A stretch of DNA of 64,000 nucleotides from Tubulanus polymorphus. Taxonomy: Eukaryota; Animalia; Nemertea. Below are positions 42,357 through 56,300 of this stretch, piece after piece (the stretch's first letter is position 1; each line of letters begins with the position of its first letter). Where the stretch lies: the NCBI RefSeq assembly GCF_964204645.1, contig NC_134032.1, positions 10,404,275 through 10,468,274 on the forward strand, in the 5' to 3' direction. The position numbers and the translations under genes are program-made. The notes under the pieces were generated by a model. The model saw only the letters and a program-made list of their open reading frames with translations. It had not been told where the DNA came from and ran no database searches.

Positions 42357-43424
42357 AGTGGATTTTGCAACGAACATCGAGCCCTCAGATTCTAGAAATT
42401 TATCAAATGTTTTGTGTACAAATATATGAAATATTCGAAAATGTCGACTGTAAGACATTTACTGAAAATCGCTCTCAATCCGTAAAGCCTTTTTAGATCT
42501 TCAACTTATCAACGTTTCAATAAAACAGAAAAGAAAAGAAAAAACATTTTATGAAGCTAAATTTCTCCTGAAAACACACAGTAAAAGTAAATTGAATAAC
42601 TGACTCAAGATGATGTCTGATTTTTTTTCATATATCCTTTTTTAAGGTTCGGTGGTTTCAGCAATCGTCAACACAACATCGCCGAGACTGGACAGAAAAG
42701 TGTAGAAACGATGTGCAACGGTTCAAGTAACCACGTTTTAGTGAAATCCTGATAGACCTACACGGCTTGGAGAAAAATTTCATCTATTCGAAACCGAAAT
42801 ATCCTAGTGTTGATTTTTCAAAAGAACAGCGCCAGTGATAAACTGGGTCTCTCTTGATTTGATTCTACAGCATGTATACCGATTCAAATTAGTTAATTTT
42901 CGTAATCGTAACTTGCAATTGTTGATGTAGGTCCTGAATTCAAGTTACCTCAAAGAGTTTAGATAAGTTCATTTTCATGTATTTCAACTGAAACGGACTC
43001 GAATCTTTCTCGTTTTATCAATGTGGGATTCTCTGTCGTCACAACACGGACAGAGTGTTTCATCAATGGTTAATATTGAAATCAATTTTTTTATTAGAAG
43101 CATTTATTTCCAAGTCATTGAGTACAAATAAAACCTAGAATATTTAAATTCATACTGTCTTGCCACAGTATTTTGACCCGTGAGGGATATTTTTAGAAAG
43201 GACGGTATAATGCTATTGGACGATAATGGATCGGTCACTGGCAGGCGAGTGTGCGCTGGACTGTTACACGTTCTAATATGATTGTGTTTCGTTCCGAATG
43301 TCGTCATGGCGATACTTAACGGACTTTGACGACGATATAAAATCAGGACTTCAATTAAACAGCAACGCGCGAACCGACGATCACGTTTCAATTCGACCAA
43401 AGACGCTGAAAAGATGGCTATCTA

Positions 43425-43915
43425 CGTACTATCTAGAAAAGACGGCTGCCTTTTAAGAATCCCCTTTGACATAATCAAATCTACCCCTACGAACACTTCC
43501 AATCAAGATCTACATATATCTTACTATGGCTTTTAGAAATGATGGCTGCTCCATAATCCCCCTATGACATCACCAAATCACCTTTTAGACACTTTCAGAC
43601 AAGATGGCTACCTCCATATACCCCATATGACGTCATCGATTCACCCCGACACGTTTCCAGAAAATATGAAAGCCTTCAGAAATCGCACCACATGACATCG
43701 TCAATATATTCACTTTTGGACATTATGTTAAAAAAGACGTCGGCCTCCATCATATCGCTCTGTGACATCATCAAATCACTAGATACGGCAATATTAGCCA
43801 CCAGTTACGGAAAACAAAAGCCATTTCTGGTTGGTTTTTCATATCCCCCTATGACATCATCAAATCGCTAAATACGGCAATTTTAGCCGCCAGTTACGGA
43901 AAACAAAAGCTCTAC
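43425..43915. repeat. Degenerate tandem array of a dispersed ~60-70 bp repeat (aagatggctacctccat..atccccctatgacatcatcaaatc)
   Basis: About seven units here. Single or reversed copies near 26107, 26272, 28565, 32110, 33639, 34427, 38877, 40264, 45275 and 46325. Confidence 0.75.
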
Positions 43916-44389
43916 TGGCATTACTGGTTGTAAATACTCATTAATGATACACAATAGGCATCGCACAGATAACGATACTCTGTATTCACTATTATAAACA
44001 ATGGCAGATCTGCGTTGATACAGTTGATTGCTATAATGCGTTATATCAACGGTGAAGATATAATATATTAGTGCCGTGTCAAGGCAACCAGAAAATCTGC
44101 GCCACAACACGTGAGTCTCAACGAAACAGGTCACCGATGTCGTTTCAGCGGGTTTGTAATTACGAGTTAACACTTTACGTCAGCCGTCCCTTATCGCGAT
44201 CGTAAACACGGAATTTGAGGATTTTTCCAGTCCGGGTTTTGTGGCATATTAGAAAAATCCGAACCAGAAAATAACTCGTGCAGCTGGATTTAACTCAGAG
44301 GGATTTTTTTTCCGGGAGAGGATTTTTTTTTCAACATTTGATTTAGTTATCGTCGAACGACCCAAGCCGAGGGAGTTTTTAGTGTAGAA

Positions 44390-47300
44390 ATGTTGGAGGT
44401 AGACATAGACGTGGTAAGTCAGAAGAAAAAACTTCTTTGTAGTAATTAACAGAAATCTTGAGTTTAAGACGATGCTGTTTTGTTAAAGGCATTTCTAAAA
44501 CTGGGACCCAGTTCCACAGTTGCTATTAGACTGAAATATATTCAAAATCAGTTAATTTATTGTTACTTAAGCTAGATTCAGCCCACGCAATTCTAGTACC
44601 ATAGATAAATATTTTAGAAACAATTCAAAACTATTATTTCATTTTAAAGAAATCGCGTAATTATCAAAATTATCAATGTTATGACGACAAAGAAAGCGAC
44701 AAAATTATCAGAGCATAATGAAACAAAATTTATCAACGTCATGAAGGTTACTGTTTAGTAGAAAAACATGTTTTCAAAATTTTCTTCAATTTCTTGACAT
44801 TAATTCAGTAATTTTTCCACTGTATAGTATATCGTATAGAATACAAGGCCACGGTGTTTCGCTTATTTCCTTAAATGAATTAAGCTGCTAGACTGGATTA
44901 ACTATAGGGGATTTAAGAAGAATTAACGCGTATGTCGATTTTATAACCGTGTCATTAAGATAGAGCGCTTGTCGAGACGCGCTTCACGGGTCCGGAGTTT
45001 ATTCGGCAGTTGAAAAGTTCACAGTTTAAAATCATTGCCCATACCGTTACAAGTTCATTAAATGATTTAAAATCAACCAGGCATACCTTATCTTCAAAGT
45101 CCACTTAATTTTCTAAACCTCAATTTTCATTTATGGAATATACGTATGATTCAGCAACCTCTGTGGCGCCCCCAGCCGACGATTTCAAGAATTTCAATGA
45201 ATACCTTCATTAGGGATTCACGCATTTTAAATAACTATATATTTCTTGAATGATCGTAATTACAGGAAATGTGATGATGTCATAGGGGGTTTGTGAGGAG
45301 GCCATAGTTTGTGGAAGGATCTAATAAGGTCTTATTTAATGACGTCATACGTAGAAGGCTTTATAGTGTCAGCCATTTTTCGGATGTTTTCTTACGCGAG
45401 AACGTCAATTGGAAAAATGAAGTATCTGTTTTCATAACGCCTCCTGTACAAAAGGTTCTGAAACGGGTTTTTTACGGTTCAGTGAACTAACAGTAGTATC
45501 TACACCGGGGCTAAACGAGTTTTGTTGGCAGTACTGTGAGCGGTATAATAGGTCTCAGCACACCAGGACTTGACTATTAAAACCTGATTAATCAACTCAG
45601 TATACTGGAAATTACGTGTGAGAACAAAAAACCATTAAATCCTAGCGGAATGCATTATTGTATTGAGCATTGCAGGAAATCAATTGAGCGAAACGTTATT
45701 TAACGGCAAAATTCTTCGACATAAAAAAACGAAATAAAACAACTTGAAGATAGGAGGCCGCTGTGGTTGAGAATGTTTTCAGCGCATTATTTTCTAAATG
45801 CTATTGTTTTAAGATTTCTAGATCTTCGCAGATATTAGCAGCAACTGTGGGATTTTTCCTCAGTTTTGGAAAACCTTGGTTCTTTGCTCCTAATTTCAAT
45901 GAAAATATTTTCTCTAAGTATAGGGCCTATACTGCTATACATACGGTTGGGAGAGACTTTGGAAGGGACTCAAAGGGTTCAGTAAAGTGTAAGTTTAACG
46001 AAACCATAGGTATTTCAGACATTGGGTTCAAACCCTGTACATTACCGCGTAGTGTCCCCGGGCAACTTATCCTCAGGAGTAAATGGGTAGCTGGTTTGAT
46101 TAGACGACTCCTGACTGAGCACCTAGCAGCTGCTCGGATGTTACTTCTCAACAGGGAGAGATGACTGATAAATGTTTAGAGCTGGGGGTAATAATACCAA
46201 TATAATGGAATGCGCCGTTGAACATAGTATCACGGTGAAGAGGGCGCTTTAGAAATCAAACCACTATTACAATCTCATATTACATCTTTCTGGAAGTGTC
46301 TTTATGATATACTTGCCTACAAAGGTGTCATAGAGATATTTATGACGGTAGCCAGTCTTTTTCTCAAAGGGTCTACGCGCTACCTAATAATCTACTGATG
46401 TCATATACTAGGTAATCACGGAGGTAGCTATCATCATTCCAGGATGAATCTACTTATTGTCAAAGGACGCTCGACTAATAGAAAATGTTGGCGTGTCTCC
46501 TTAGAAACGACCGTACCTCCCGCGTAGTAAGATCCTTTGACGACCACGCACGGGGTATTGTCAACAAACTATCCGGCATTGTGATCTAAACAATACGTTT
46601 TCATCAGTAATTCATGTAACTGCGGAAACAGCCCCAGTTTGCGGCCCTTCAATAGAAACTGTATATTACAACATGGTTATTAGTATATTAGGTAGATATC
46701 AACAAGTAAACTGTGGATTTTACGCACAGCTAGGGATTTATTTAATGCAGTTGAGTCCGAGGCCAGGTAAACAATTTTCAGGTATATATATTCGGATAGA
46801 ATACTGTAGGGACTCAGTTGGGGTAAGATTCTGAGTCAGTAGACTCAGTCTCTCACTCGGTAACGTTGAGTCCGGTAAAATCCAAACCCAAGTTAGCGTC
46901 AAATACTGAATAAGAGTTTGTGAAATAATATACAGTAGACTCTGTTTCTAACTGCGATAACGTTGAGACTGGCTTAATAATCCTTCCCCGAGCTCTGTCC
47001 CTTATATTGGAGACAATACCTGGTAAATTTGAGACCGTTTAATATTCGCGGCTGCCGATAAGAATGCCAAGTAAAAGGTTTGGGAGCCGAGCACAACTTT
47101 TACGATTCAAAATCTGTGTCGGGATAAGTGATAACTAACTTAGTCAGCACTGGTTGGGTTTAGGTAACTCATTCTAGTTCAGTTGGATTATTTGGAAGCC
47201 CTTTCTTTCTCTGTCTAAATCAGAATGCACAAGGAGCTAGTCTAGAGCTGTCGTTTGGACAAGACCACGATCAAAAACAAACGGATAATGGTAATTCGGC

Positions 47301-50300
47301 TGCGAATACAGAAAAAAGCCAAAAAGTTGTAGATGAAAATGCTGATGATTATGAAACTAGCGACGATAAACGAGAAAAGAAGAAACCCGTTACGCCAGTT
47401 GAGAACAAGAAGCGAGATACTGCACCTGTAGCGACAGGAGGCGAAGAGGGCCGTAAAAACCAGGAAAATAACCAAGAAGAGACGATTCATCACAGATCGA
47501 AGAAAACTAAGACTGCTAAAGCTACGGGAGGCAATCAGCATCAGAAAAATAACCAAGAAGAGACAAGTGATAGGCAGAAGAAAAAGAAGACCGTTAGCGT
47601 TACGATAGGAGGCAGTGGGAACCAGGAAAATAACCAAGAAGAGAGAAGTGATAGGCAGAAGAAAAAGAAGACCCTTAGCGTTACGATAGGAGGCAGTGGA
47701 AACCAGGAAAATAACCAAGAAGAGACAAGTGATAGGCAGAAGAAAAAGAAGACCGTTAGCGTTACGATAGGAGGCAGTGGAAACCAAGAAAATAACCAAG
47801 AAAAGACAAGTGATAGGCAAAAGAAAAAGAAGACCCTTAGCGTTACGATAGGAGGCAGTGGAAACCAGGAAAATAACCAAGAAGAGAAAACTGGTAGATC
47901 GAAGAAGAAGAAGAAGACTATTAACGTTACGACAGGAGGTAGCAAGGACCATGATACAGATAAGAAGAAGGACAAAAAGACGCTAGCCATTTCGATCGGG
48001 TTCGGGAACGACAAGGACGACGCCGCGAAAGAGGGTGACGACCGCGATCAGGACGATAGCGGAAGTGAAGGAGGTGAGTTACGCGTTATTTCTCCGCCTT
48101 ATCATAGCTCGCTTGCCAGGGCTGGCTCACTAACATCGTAATCCCTGCGAATTAATCTCCTGCACGACACGTAACCGCTGTATAGCGAGCAAGTTTTTAC
48201 TTTTTGAAATATCCTTTTAGAGGCTTTACTTTTGAGAATAGCAGGGCTTATCTTTTGAAATATCCTTTTACGAACAGGGTTTCATTATCAGAATATCCCC
48301 TTAGGCTCAATTTTGAATTTTATATCATTTTGGAAGCGGGGCTTTAATACTTCAATCATCCCCTTAAAACGTGTGACCTACGTTTACACTAAACTTCAAT
48401 TTTCGTTTAAACATATCCATTTTACGAGCTCGCTTATTTTAAATCCGCGAATGAATATGTACATAAGCGCACGCTCTACGGGCCTGTTATTCAACTCCCC
48501 ATTAAAAGCGAGACCACTTTTGATTCCTCGAATAAATAAAGAAGAATGTATATAGCATATCATACGTGTATGTGCATACGTTGGCCTGCAGAAAGCGTAA
48601 CCAGTTGATTCTTATCAAAGCCGTGCGTGTTTGGATAGTTCTTTCTCAATTTCTCATGGATAATTCGGAAGAAACCGAGCCGGTTTCCTCTCGTAAGTCG
48701 TACTTTCACTAGGCCACCTTTAGAATCTAACTTCAACCTGGAATTTTATAGGGAAATACTTAGTTGTTGAATGAATAGGGAATGTTTGGACGATCCCTTA
48801 ACTTCGATGACTAACAATATTGAGCCAGTTGCACAATCAGGATTTGGATTTGAGACCAATCTCGGAAATAGAATATCAGCCAATTTTACGATAGTCTTTG
48901 GATGAGTCCTAACATTCTAGACCATATTTGGACTTAAATCAGGGTCCGAATGTGCAACTATAGGCCCGAACGAAACCTTAGTAAATCATTCTATCGACTT
49001 ATCAACTAACATCAATTATTTTTCTCTTTCTCGCTTACCTTTTCTTCATATAGCTGGCTTTCTGTAGATGCTTGTGGAGAATTTACATGGTAACCCCTTA
49101 GAACACTCCACATTTATGGTAACATGGTAACCCGTTAGAATACAACATACCCTAAAATCGCATCATGGCAGTCGAGGGCAATTTTTCTTATAACGTTAAC
49201 TGACAAAGAACGTCGGAAAATACCGATTTGAATTTGAAATTTGAAAACAAGGCGTTTCGAAGAAAGGATTCGAATCGATAGAATTCGCCTCAAATATGAG
49301 TAGAATTAGCGAAAACCTTCCCTCCCGTAGCGGTGGACCAGGTTCCGGTTGGTTATTTGCGACGCTTAATGCTAATCGCCGCTTTCTCAAGGTCGTTAAA
49401 GAGAGTCGTCGTCTTGCCTCCGAACAGACGGCTGGCCATGGCTACCAGGTCGGCGTGTTCACGAAACCCGAAGTGCTCGCTGGTCCCGCCAGCTCGATGG
49501 AGACGCCGGAGTCCGGTGATATAACCAGCGATGAGGAAGGCTCCGAAAACCAAATAGCCGATGTCGAAGTTACTATAAAAAAGACCGATTACAACCTTAA
49601 CGAAATGGAAGTATTTATTGAGCCTAGCCGGCAGCCAGCATGTTCTGCCGATGCGGATATCAGATCAAATGGAGGTGAAGGTCATATGGACAACGTCTCT
49701 TTGACATCCTCTCTTTCCACAATCGCGAACACGGAAACACGTGATGAGCCGACCGGAAGTGACGACGAAGAATGGGACCTCGATAAATTGACGGCTCCAC
49801 CAGAACCCGAGACATACGACGCTCAGAAAATGAAAGATGGCTCCTGGCTATTCGTGACATTATTTTCAACGCGAAAATTCCTCAAGGCCAAAGACACTGA
49901 CGGACACCGAAACGACGAGAATTTCATCCACAGTAGCGATACTGAAAGCGACATGATCGAGCTTGAAAACGATTCAGACAAACCGTCATCACTATCCGGG
50001 GAAGCTCTCGCTCGTCTCGGTAATTCGTCGACCGACATTACCGTCAAGGATCGGGAATTTCCGGCGCACCCGAGGCGAGTTTCCGCCGCGTCGACGGTTT
50101 TTAGCGAGAACGAGGCCGCGTGCGTCGAGCGCGTTATGGCGGAAGCATCGGAACGGACGAACTCCGACGTGTTCGAAAACGACGATTGGGACTACACGAA
50201 TTGTCTACATACCAGCCATCTCGAACCGGGCGATACAGAGCCCGAGATGATGTCGGTACGTGGAGGTGCAGTTGACGATATGAGTCCCAATGAAAGCAGG

Positions 50301-53300
50301 CCTGATTCAGAGAATGATAAGAAACGGATACGAAATGAGGTTGAAACAACAGACGAAACTAAGGAGATCACATCAAATGTGATGGCTTATAATGTCGAAT
50401 TAGACCAAAGCGAAATCGATGAAAGGTCGATTCCGAACGAATTGAAAACGAACAATACGGATGTATTCGAACGCGATTCGAACCTCATAGAGAATTCATT
50501 ATTGATGTCTTCATCACCTGAACATACTAGCCGACACAGTCCTGTTGACAGTTCAAAGGGGGATATGTCAAGAGATGGATTTCTGGGTGGATCTGGGAGC
50601 TGTAAAGATGCTGTTCTAGATACGAATAACATGGACGATGTTGTAGATTGTGGCGACGATTTATCCAAAACTCAAGACGTGGATGGTGACGAAAGTGGAA
50701 AAACCGATGACGTAGTCGGCGTAGAGTTAACGAATACCGATGACGTAGATGATGATAAATCTACGAAAACTGATAATGTCGATGATAACACGACAAACAC
50801 AGATTGCGTAAGCAATGAAGAAGAAGCCAAAACTAATGACGTAGTCGATAAGGGATCAGTGAATACCGATGATGAAGATAGGTATGAAATAACGAAAACT
50901 GACGACGTAAATTATGAAAAGGAATCTGGAATCGACGACGAAGATGGCAAAGAAAGCCCTAACCAGGGAGATCTTTCCGAAGCGCAAATTAATTACGTAA
51001 ATTATGATACAAAAACTGCTGACGAAGATGAACATAACTCTAACACTAAAATTAATGCTGATGCGGTAGAAAGTAATGGTGAGAAAAGCGACGAAATGGC
51101 AAATGGATATATTTCAACAGGGAGTTACGGGAATGTAGATTCTGATGAAACTTCAGCTCACGATGAAATACAGCACTGTGTAGTGATCGAAGGTGTTGCT
51201 TCTAAGTCGTCACTCGGTGACGCACGTAACCAATTACAACAAATTAGCGAAAACAGAGACTCGCAGGAAATCACGTATTCACAAGTTTCAAAGCGCGAGC
51301 CGCCGGTTGATACTAGTCAGAATATATCAAATTCAGACAACGGAGTTTATAACTGTAGCGATATCGTGGAGGAACATTTAACTATGGCAACTTCTGAGAA
51401 ATCGGATTCTGGATTCAATGCGATAGGGACCGCAAATACTGGTGACGTAGTTGGTGGTAACATCCTAAAAACGGGAGACGCGCGTGGCGACAATCCTGCT
51501 GAGACTGCTGACGAAAATTTCACGGAATTTGGGGAAAATGAGGTATTTCTGGCAAATGAACCGGGAAATGTTATAGTGGAGAATTCTGAGGCGTTAAATC
51601 CAACAGAAAGTCGATCAGATACTAACAATATCGATAAGGTGCCGCTAGACGGCGCACTAGGTTTGACTGCCACGGAGGAACACGATTTTCAAAAGTCCAC
51701 GGTCGATTCCGAAAAGGATGAAGCAACTCTGTTGGATTTAGGGATGGAAAATGGAGAAATCAAAGATGTTTTTGTAAATGGTTCGAATAATAAGCCAGTC
51801 ACAGTACAGGAACATAAAAGTGCCGAACCTGATTTAGCCAACGACGTGACTGACCTTGACGGTCAGGAAATAGGATGCAGAATATCGGTTTGTAAACAAG
51901 AAGAACAAATCCATAGCGAATTGTCGATCTGTGCCCAGGAAGAAGGAAAGTCATCGAGTGGGGAATACGGTGCAGACAATTCGCAACTCACACCTGATAA
52001 AAATGGAAGAAATGTAACAATGGAGGAGACAAGGATTGAAGATGGAAGAGCTGAACGTGACCTTATATCGAAAGAGAATTTGGAATTACAGCTGGACGAA
52101 AACAATAAAGGTACCATCGGAAATTTCGATTTGGACCTTAATTCGGAACAAGTGCAAGACAACGGTCATGGAATTGATGGTGATTTGAAATTGAAAACCG
52201 AACCCAATAAGTTCAATGGGGAAGACCGTGTAAATTCTGGCCTATCAGGCGATACGAATGGCAACAATACAAACACCGGCTTATACCAAAATAACATTCT
52301 TTCTGGTCACGTCGATGGAATCACGGTGGTAGATAATGCTTTCAAAGGGATGGATCTAGGTGAAAAAGATGCTAAAATCGGCCAAGTAGATTCAGCCTCC
52401 AACGGATTGGAGATGGATAGCGTAGTCCAGAGTGAAATATCTCAGGATATCGAGGGAATACGCTTCGGTCAGGATGTTACCAGGGACAAGAAAAGTGACA
52501 TATCCGATGAATCGAATACAACAATTGCCGATAAGCAGTCCATTAGTGAAAAACACGGTGCTGAAAGTGTAAAGACTTATTCGAGCGTAAAAGAGATTTT
52601 TGACAATGACGCCACCAGACCGTCACCCCTCGGTGAATCGATCAGCTCCAGGGGGCGCCATGTGTCTCTGAACGCGTTAATCCCGACGAGATACAGCCGA
52701 ACTCCGACTTACAACGATAGTAATCGCTTGAGCCCGGGATATGTGCATCCCAACCATCGATTGTCAACGATGACCGACTCATCCAGACAGTCCCCACTCA
52801 CCGGAGTCTACTCGCCCCTGAGTTACACAACAGGCGTGTCTGACGGTTCGAATCCCGCTAGCGAGCTGCTTCTCACGTCAGACGGAGCTAACAGCGCGAG
52901 TTTATTGGGAATAGACCGCACTGAAATGAGCAACGAGCCAGGGTTCAACCAAGCCAACAATTACAATATCAATCTCGATAACAGTTTGTGCATGTCGGAC
53001 GATATTGACACTGGTATAACCACGCTTTTCGGTGCGACCCGTGAGAATGCCGATAATGACGTCATCGCAGGACGTGATCAGTCGCGTGATAACATAAGCT
53101 TAGAACTGGGTGAGTTTCGCGGATCGGGCGTGCGACAAGAGTTGGAAAGAAGGCCACAATTCTACGACAATCCCAGCTACGAGGCGGATGAGGAAGAACA
53201 AAATGGCGTTGTCGATGAAAGCGAAAGTTTGCACACTAAAGGCGGCGGCCGTGACGGCAGGTCATTCGTACCCTCATCGAAGTTGAGCGCTAATTCGTTA

Positions 53301-56300
53301 GCCATCCCGACCATTAAAAAACATCGCTGGAGCGTCATGAAAATCGATCAAGACGGCCACGTGATCAGCGAGGAGGACTATCTAGTGCCGTATCGTGAGT
53401 CGCGATGTAATTCGGCCGTCGTAGTTGATGATATTCGTGAAAAGCCGGATGCGGACGAGGAATGTAAAGCGGCCGACGGCGTTTTAGCCGGTGAAAATGT
53501 GGACGTTTCCGCGAATGTCGTCGTCACGGAAATCGAGCCAGTGACGAAAGCTGATGATGGAACCGACTGCTTAATATTAAAAGAATCTGCTAGCGTGGAT
53601 GAGCGCTATCGAAAATCTCAGCCGGAAGAGCTCACTAGATCAGCAGAAAATATTAGCACAGAAAATGGTACTGTGTGCAGGGGAAGCGAGTTATCGATAG
53701 ACAGCGCTGATATTCCGAAATATGGCGCTGAACTACCACCGACTAGTGATACCGATGTCACTGAGCTACCACTAAGAGCTTGTGCTGAGTCATCGACTAC
53801 AGATGGCGCTGATGTCGCTGAAATGCCACCAACGGTTGGCACCGATTTCACTGAAATATCACCGGCAGCAGACAGGAGTGCTGATATGAGTGAATTACTG
53901 CCTACAGACGGCGCTGATGTCATTGAACTACCACCGACAGACGGCAAAGTGAACGACTCTTTGGAACTCAGCAGTCAGCATTTTGGCGAAGATGCACATG
54001 ATAACTGTACTGATATAAAGGCTCCCCGCGGTACAGATGAGTCCCAAATTGAACCGAATGAATTTGTTATGAATGAGAAGATAATCATGAATTCAGATAG
54101 TCGGCGGATGTCTAATACATGTAACAGTGAAGCCGGTTCCGAGTTGGAAAAACATAACGCTGTGTCGAATATGGTCAGCGATTCTGTATCAAATGTTGGT
54201 ATCGATGAAAAGTGTAGCCACGATAAAGAAACGCCCACTCCGAATTTCAATGCGATCTTTTTAAACTCAAACATCGATACTGAGGTACAACCCGATTCAC
54301 CGCGCCGAACTTCAGGGTCAGAAAAGGATTCGGACTCAACACCAAATACTGGGAATATTGAAGGTGATGACTTGACCTTAACTACTGTGGTTTTCTCGGC
54401 CGATCTTACTGAAGACCCTTTGTTGAAAGATGGCGTGGAATATCCCTTACTTGACGATAGAATCTCCGAATTAACTAGAGATGGGGAGGATCCTTGCTAT
54501 CCGGTTTTAAAAACAACCGTCACAAAGGATGAATCCCAATCCGAGACACAAGACCATGCTCCTAGAAGTGAATGCTACCAACCTGGAGAGGAAAACGTCG
54601 ATACAAGTAACAAAATGCGCAGTGATAAAGTCAAATTGGAAAGCGCAACTCTTAAAAAGACGTACAACGACGACAAAGGGATTCCTTCAGCCAAAAGTGA
54701 AACTGAAAGAAATGAAGATCAGATGTCCATCATAAGTTTGGAAAATAAAGGCTCAAATAAAGTTTCAATGGAACCAGCCAGTGAAGGTTTAGGAGCAATC
54801 GATACTGAGAAAGTAGGCGTGGAACCGACATCGCCGCAGAAACGAGTAATTGACAGTTTTGACCCAACAACAACAGATGCCACGTTCAATCGACACGTTA
54901 AATTCAAAAACAACGGCCGAGATTTGCGGAAAGTAGATGACACTGGTAGTTTCGGCAGTTCAGACCAAGGTCACCGGAAGACAACTGGCAAAGAAGCGAA
55001 AATTGCGGTTAAAAATTCGAGGACTAGTACTTTGAATAAGCTCGGGGATAGGGCGGAGAGGGATTTAAAACCCACGCCACCAAAATCGACTGCAAGGGCA
55101 AAATCATCCGTTCGTACCCCGATTACGCGAACACATCCGCCACCGGTGTCCGAATCCGCGAAACGGCGACCAAGAACTAGCAACGCTATAGCAACGAAAC
55201 TGCATGGTTACGATTCCGTAGGTAACGGAACTGGGCGTAGCGCGGCAACGGTTGCGCGGGTGGCGGCGAGCGAGGAGGTGCCGCGATCAACATCAACAGC
55301 GAGAGGCGTGAAAAATACAAGCAGTAGGGATTTACGAGATAGAGTGAGCGAAACTTCAGCGGAACGAGCACCAACTGCGACCACGCGGCGCGTTTATAGG
55401 AATGCTACGCTAAAGACTCTGACTGTTACAGTGAAATCGTCTGCCGAACCGGGTCCGCTGAAACGAGCGAATACCGATTTATCCGCAGCGGCGACTAGAA
55501 ATCGTAGCCATAAAACTAGTCCTTACTTACAGAGACTTTTAACGCGGAGATTAGTTTCTCAAAATCCGGATTTCGTTCGACCGCATTTACCGAAACCGAA
55601 CAAGCCACCGGAGGTCGCCACTCGTGCCCGACCGGCGACGACTAGTGACGTCGTTGATAATAGTGACGTCAGAACAGCCGCCTGGTCCGATTCGGATTCC
55701 GGGCACGATAGTCCGCGGACTTTGTCGCGCTGGACGGAAAATACGGGCGAATCGCGAGTGACGTTAATCAGCTCGGCCTCGGAAATTGTCATGACGGGTG
55801 TCGCGAAAGGTAAAGAAATTCTCCCTGCTGTGTTTTTTGAGAAAAAAATCACAATTCTTTTTACGGCACCCTTGCGATAGAGTGCTAGAAAAACATGTTG
55901 CAATTTCACTTCACTTTCCCCTTGTTACTTTCATTCAAGCAATCACGGGTTCTGTGCGGTTATAATCGCGTATTTGAAACGAACAAAATAGGTCTCTTTG
56001 TGGTCATCCGTTGCACGCACGATTTTCCTGGACTAAGGTACGTAGTTCTTGGTTAGGTTCGACTCCGTAAAATCAGTTTATTTTCAAAGTCGGATATGAA
56101 CCGAGAACTATGGAACTGGGTCCTAAGTTGATACACGCACAAAAATATAAATATATAAACTAACCGGTTTGCAGTGTGAAGAATATTTTCTACTTTTCAG
56201 AGAGGAGAATCTAGCTATTTTTGCTGGCGACCAAGTGACATATATTCAAACGTTTGAAAAAGATTTGATATTAATTTTACATGTGTTCTTAATCATAGTT

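Noticed and set aside
47458-47945. CRISPR-like regular spacing
   Set aside because: Contiguous coding tandem repeat with no unique spacers, in a eukaryotic context.
47242-48014. Two hydrophobic minus-strand ORFs (236 and 157 aa)
   Set aside because: Antisense shadows of the A-rich plus-strand repeat exon, which has proper splice sites.
55810-55880. Apparent C-terminus of the 2194-aa ORF
   Set aside because: More likely read-through into the intron after the donor at 55809.
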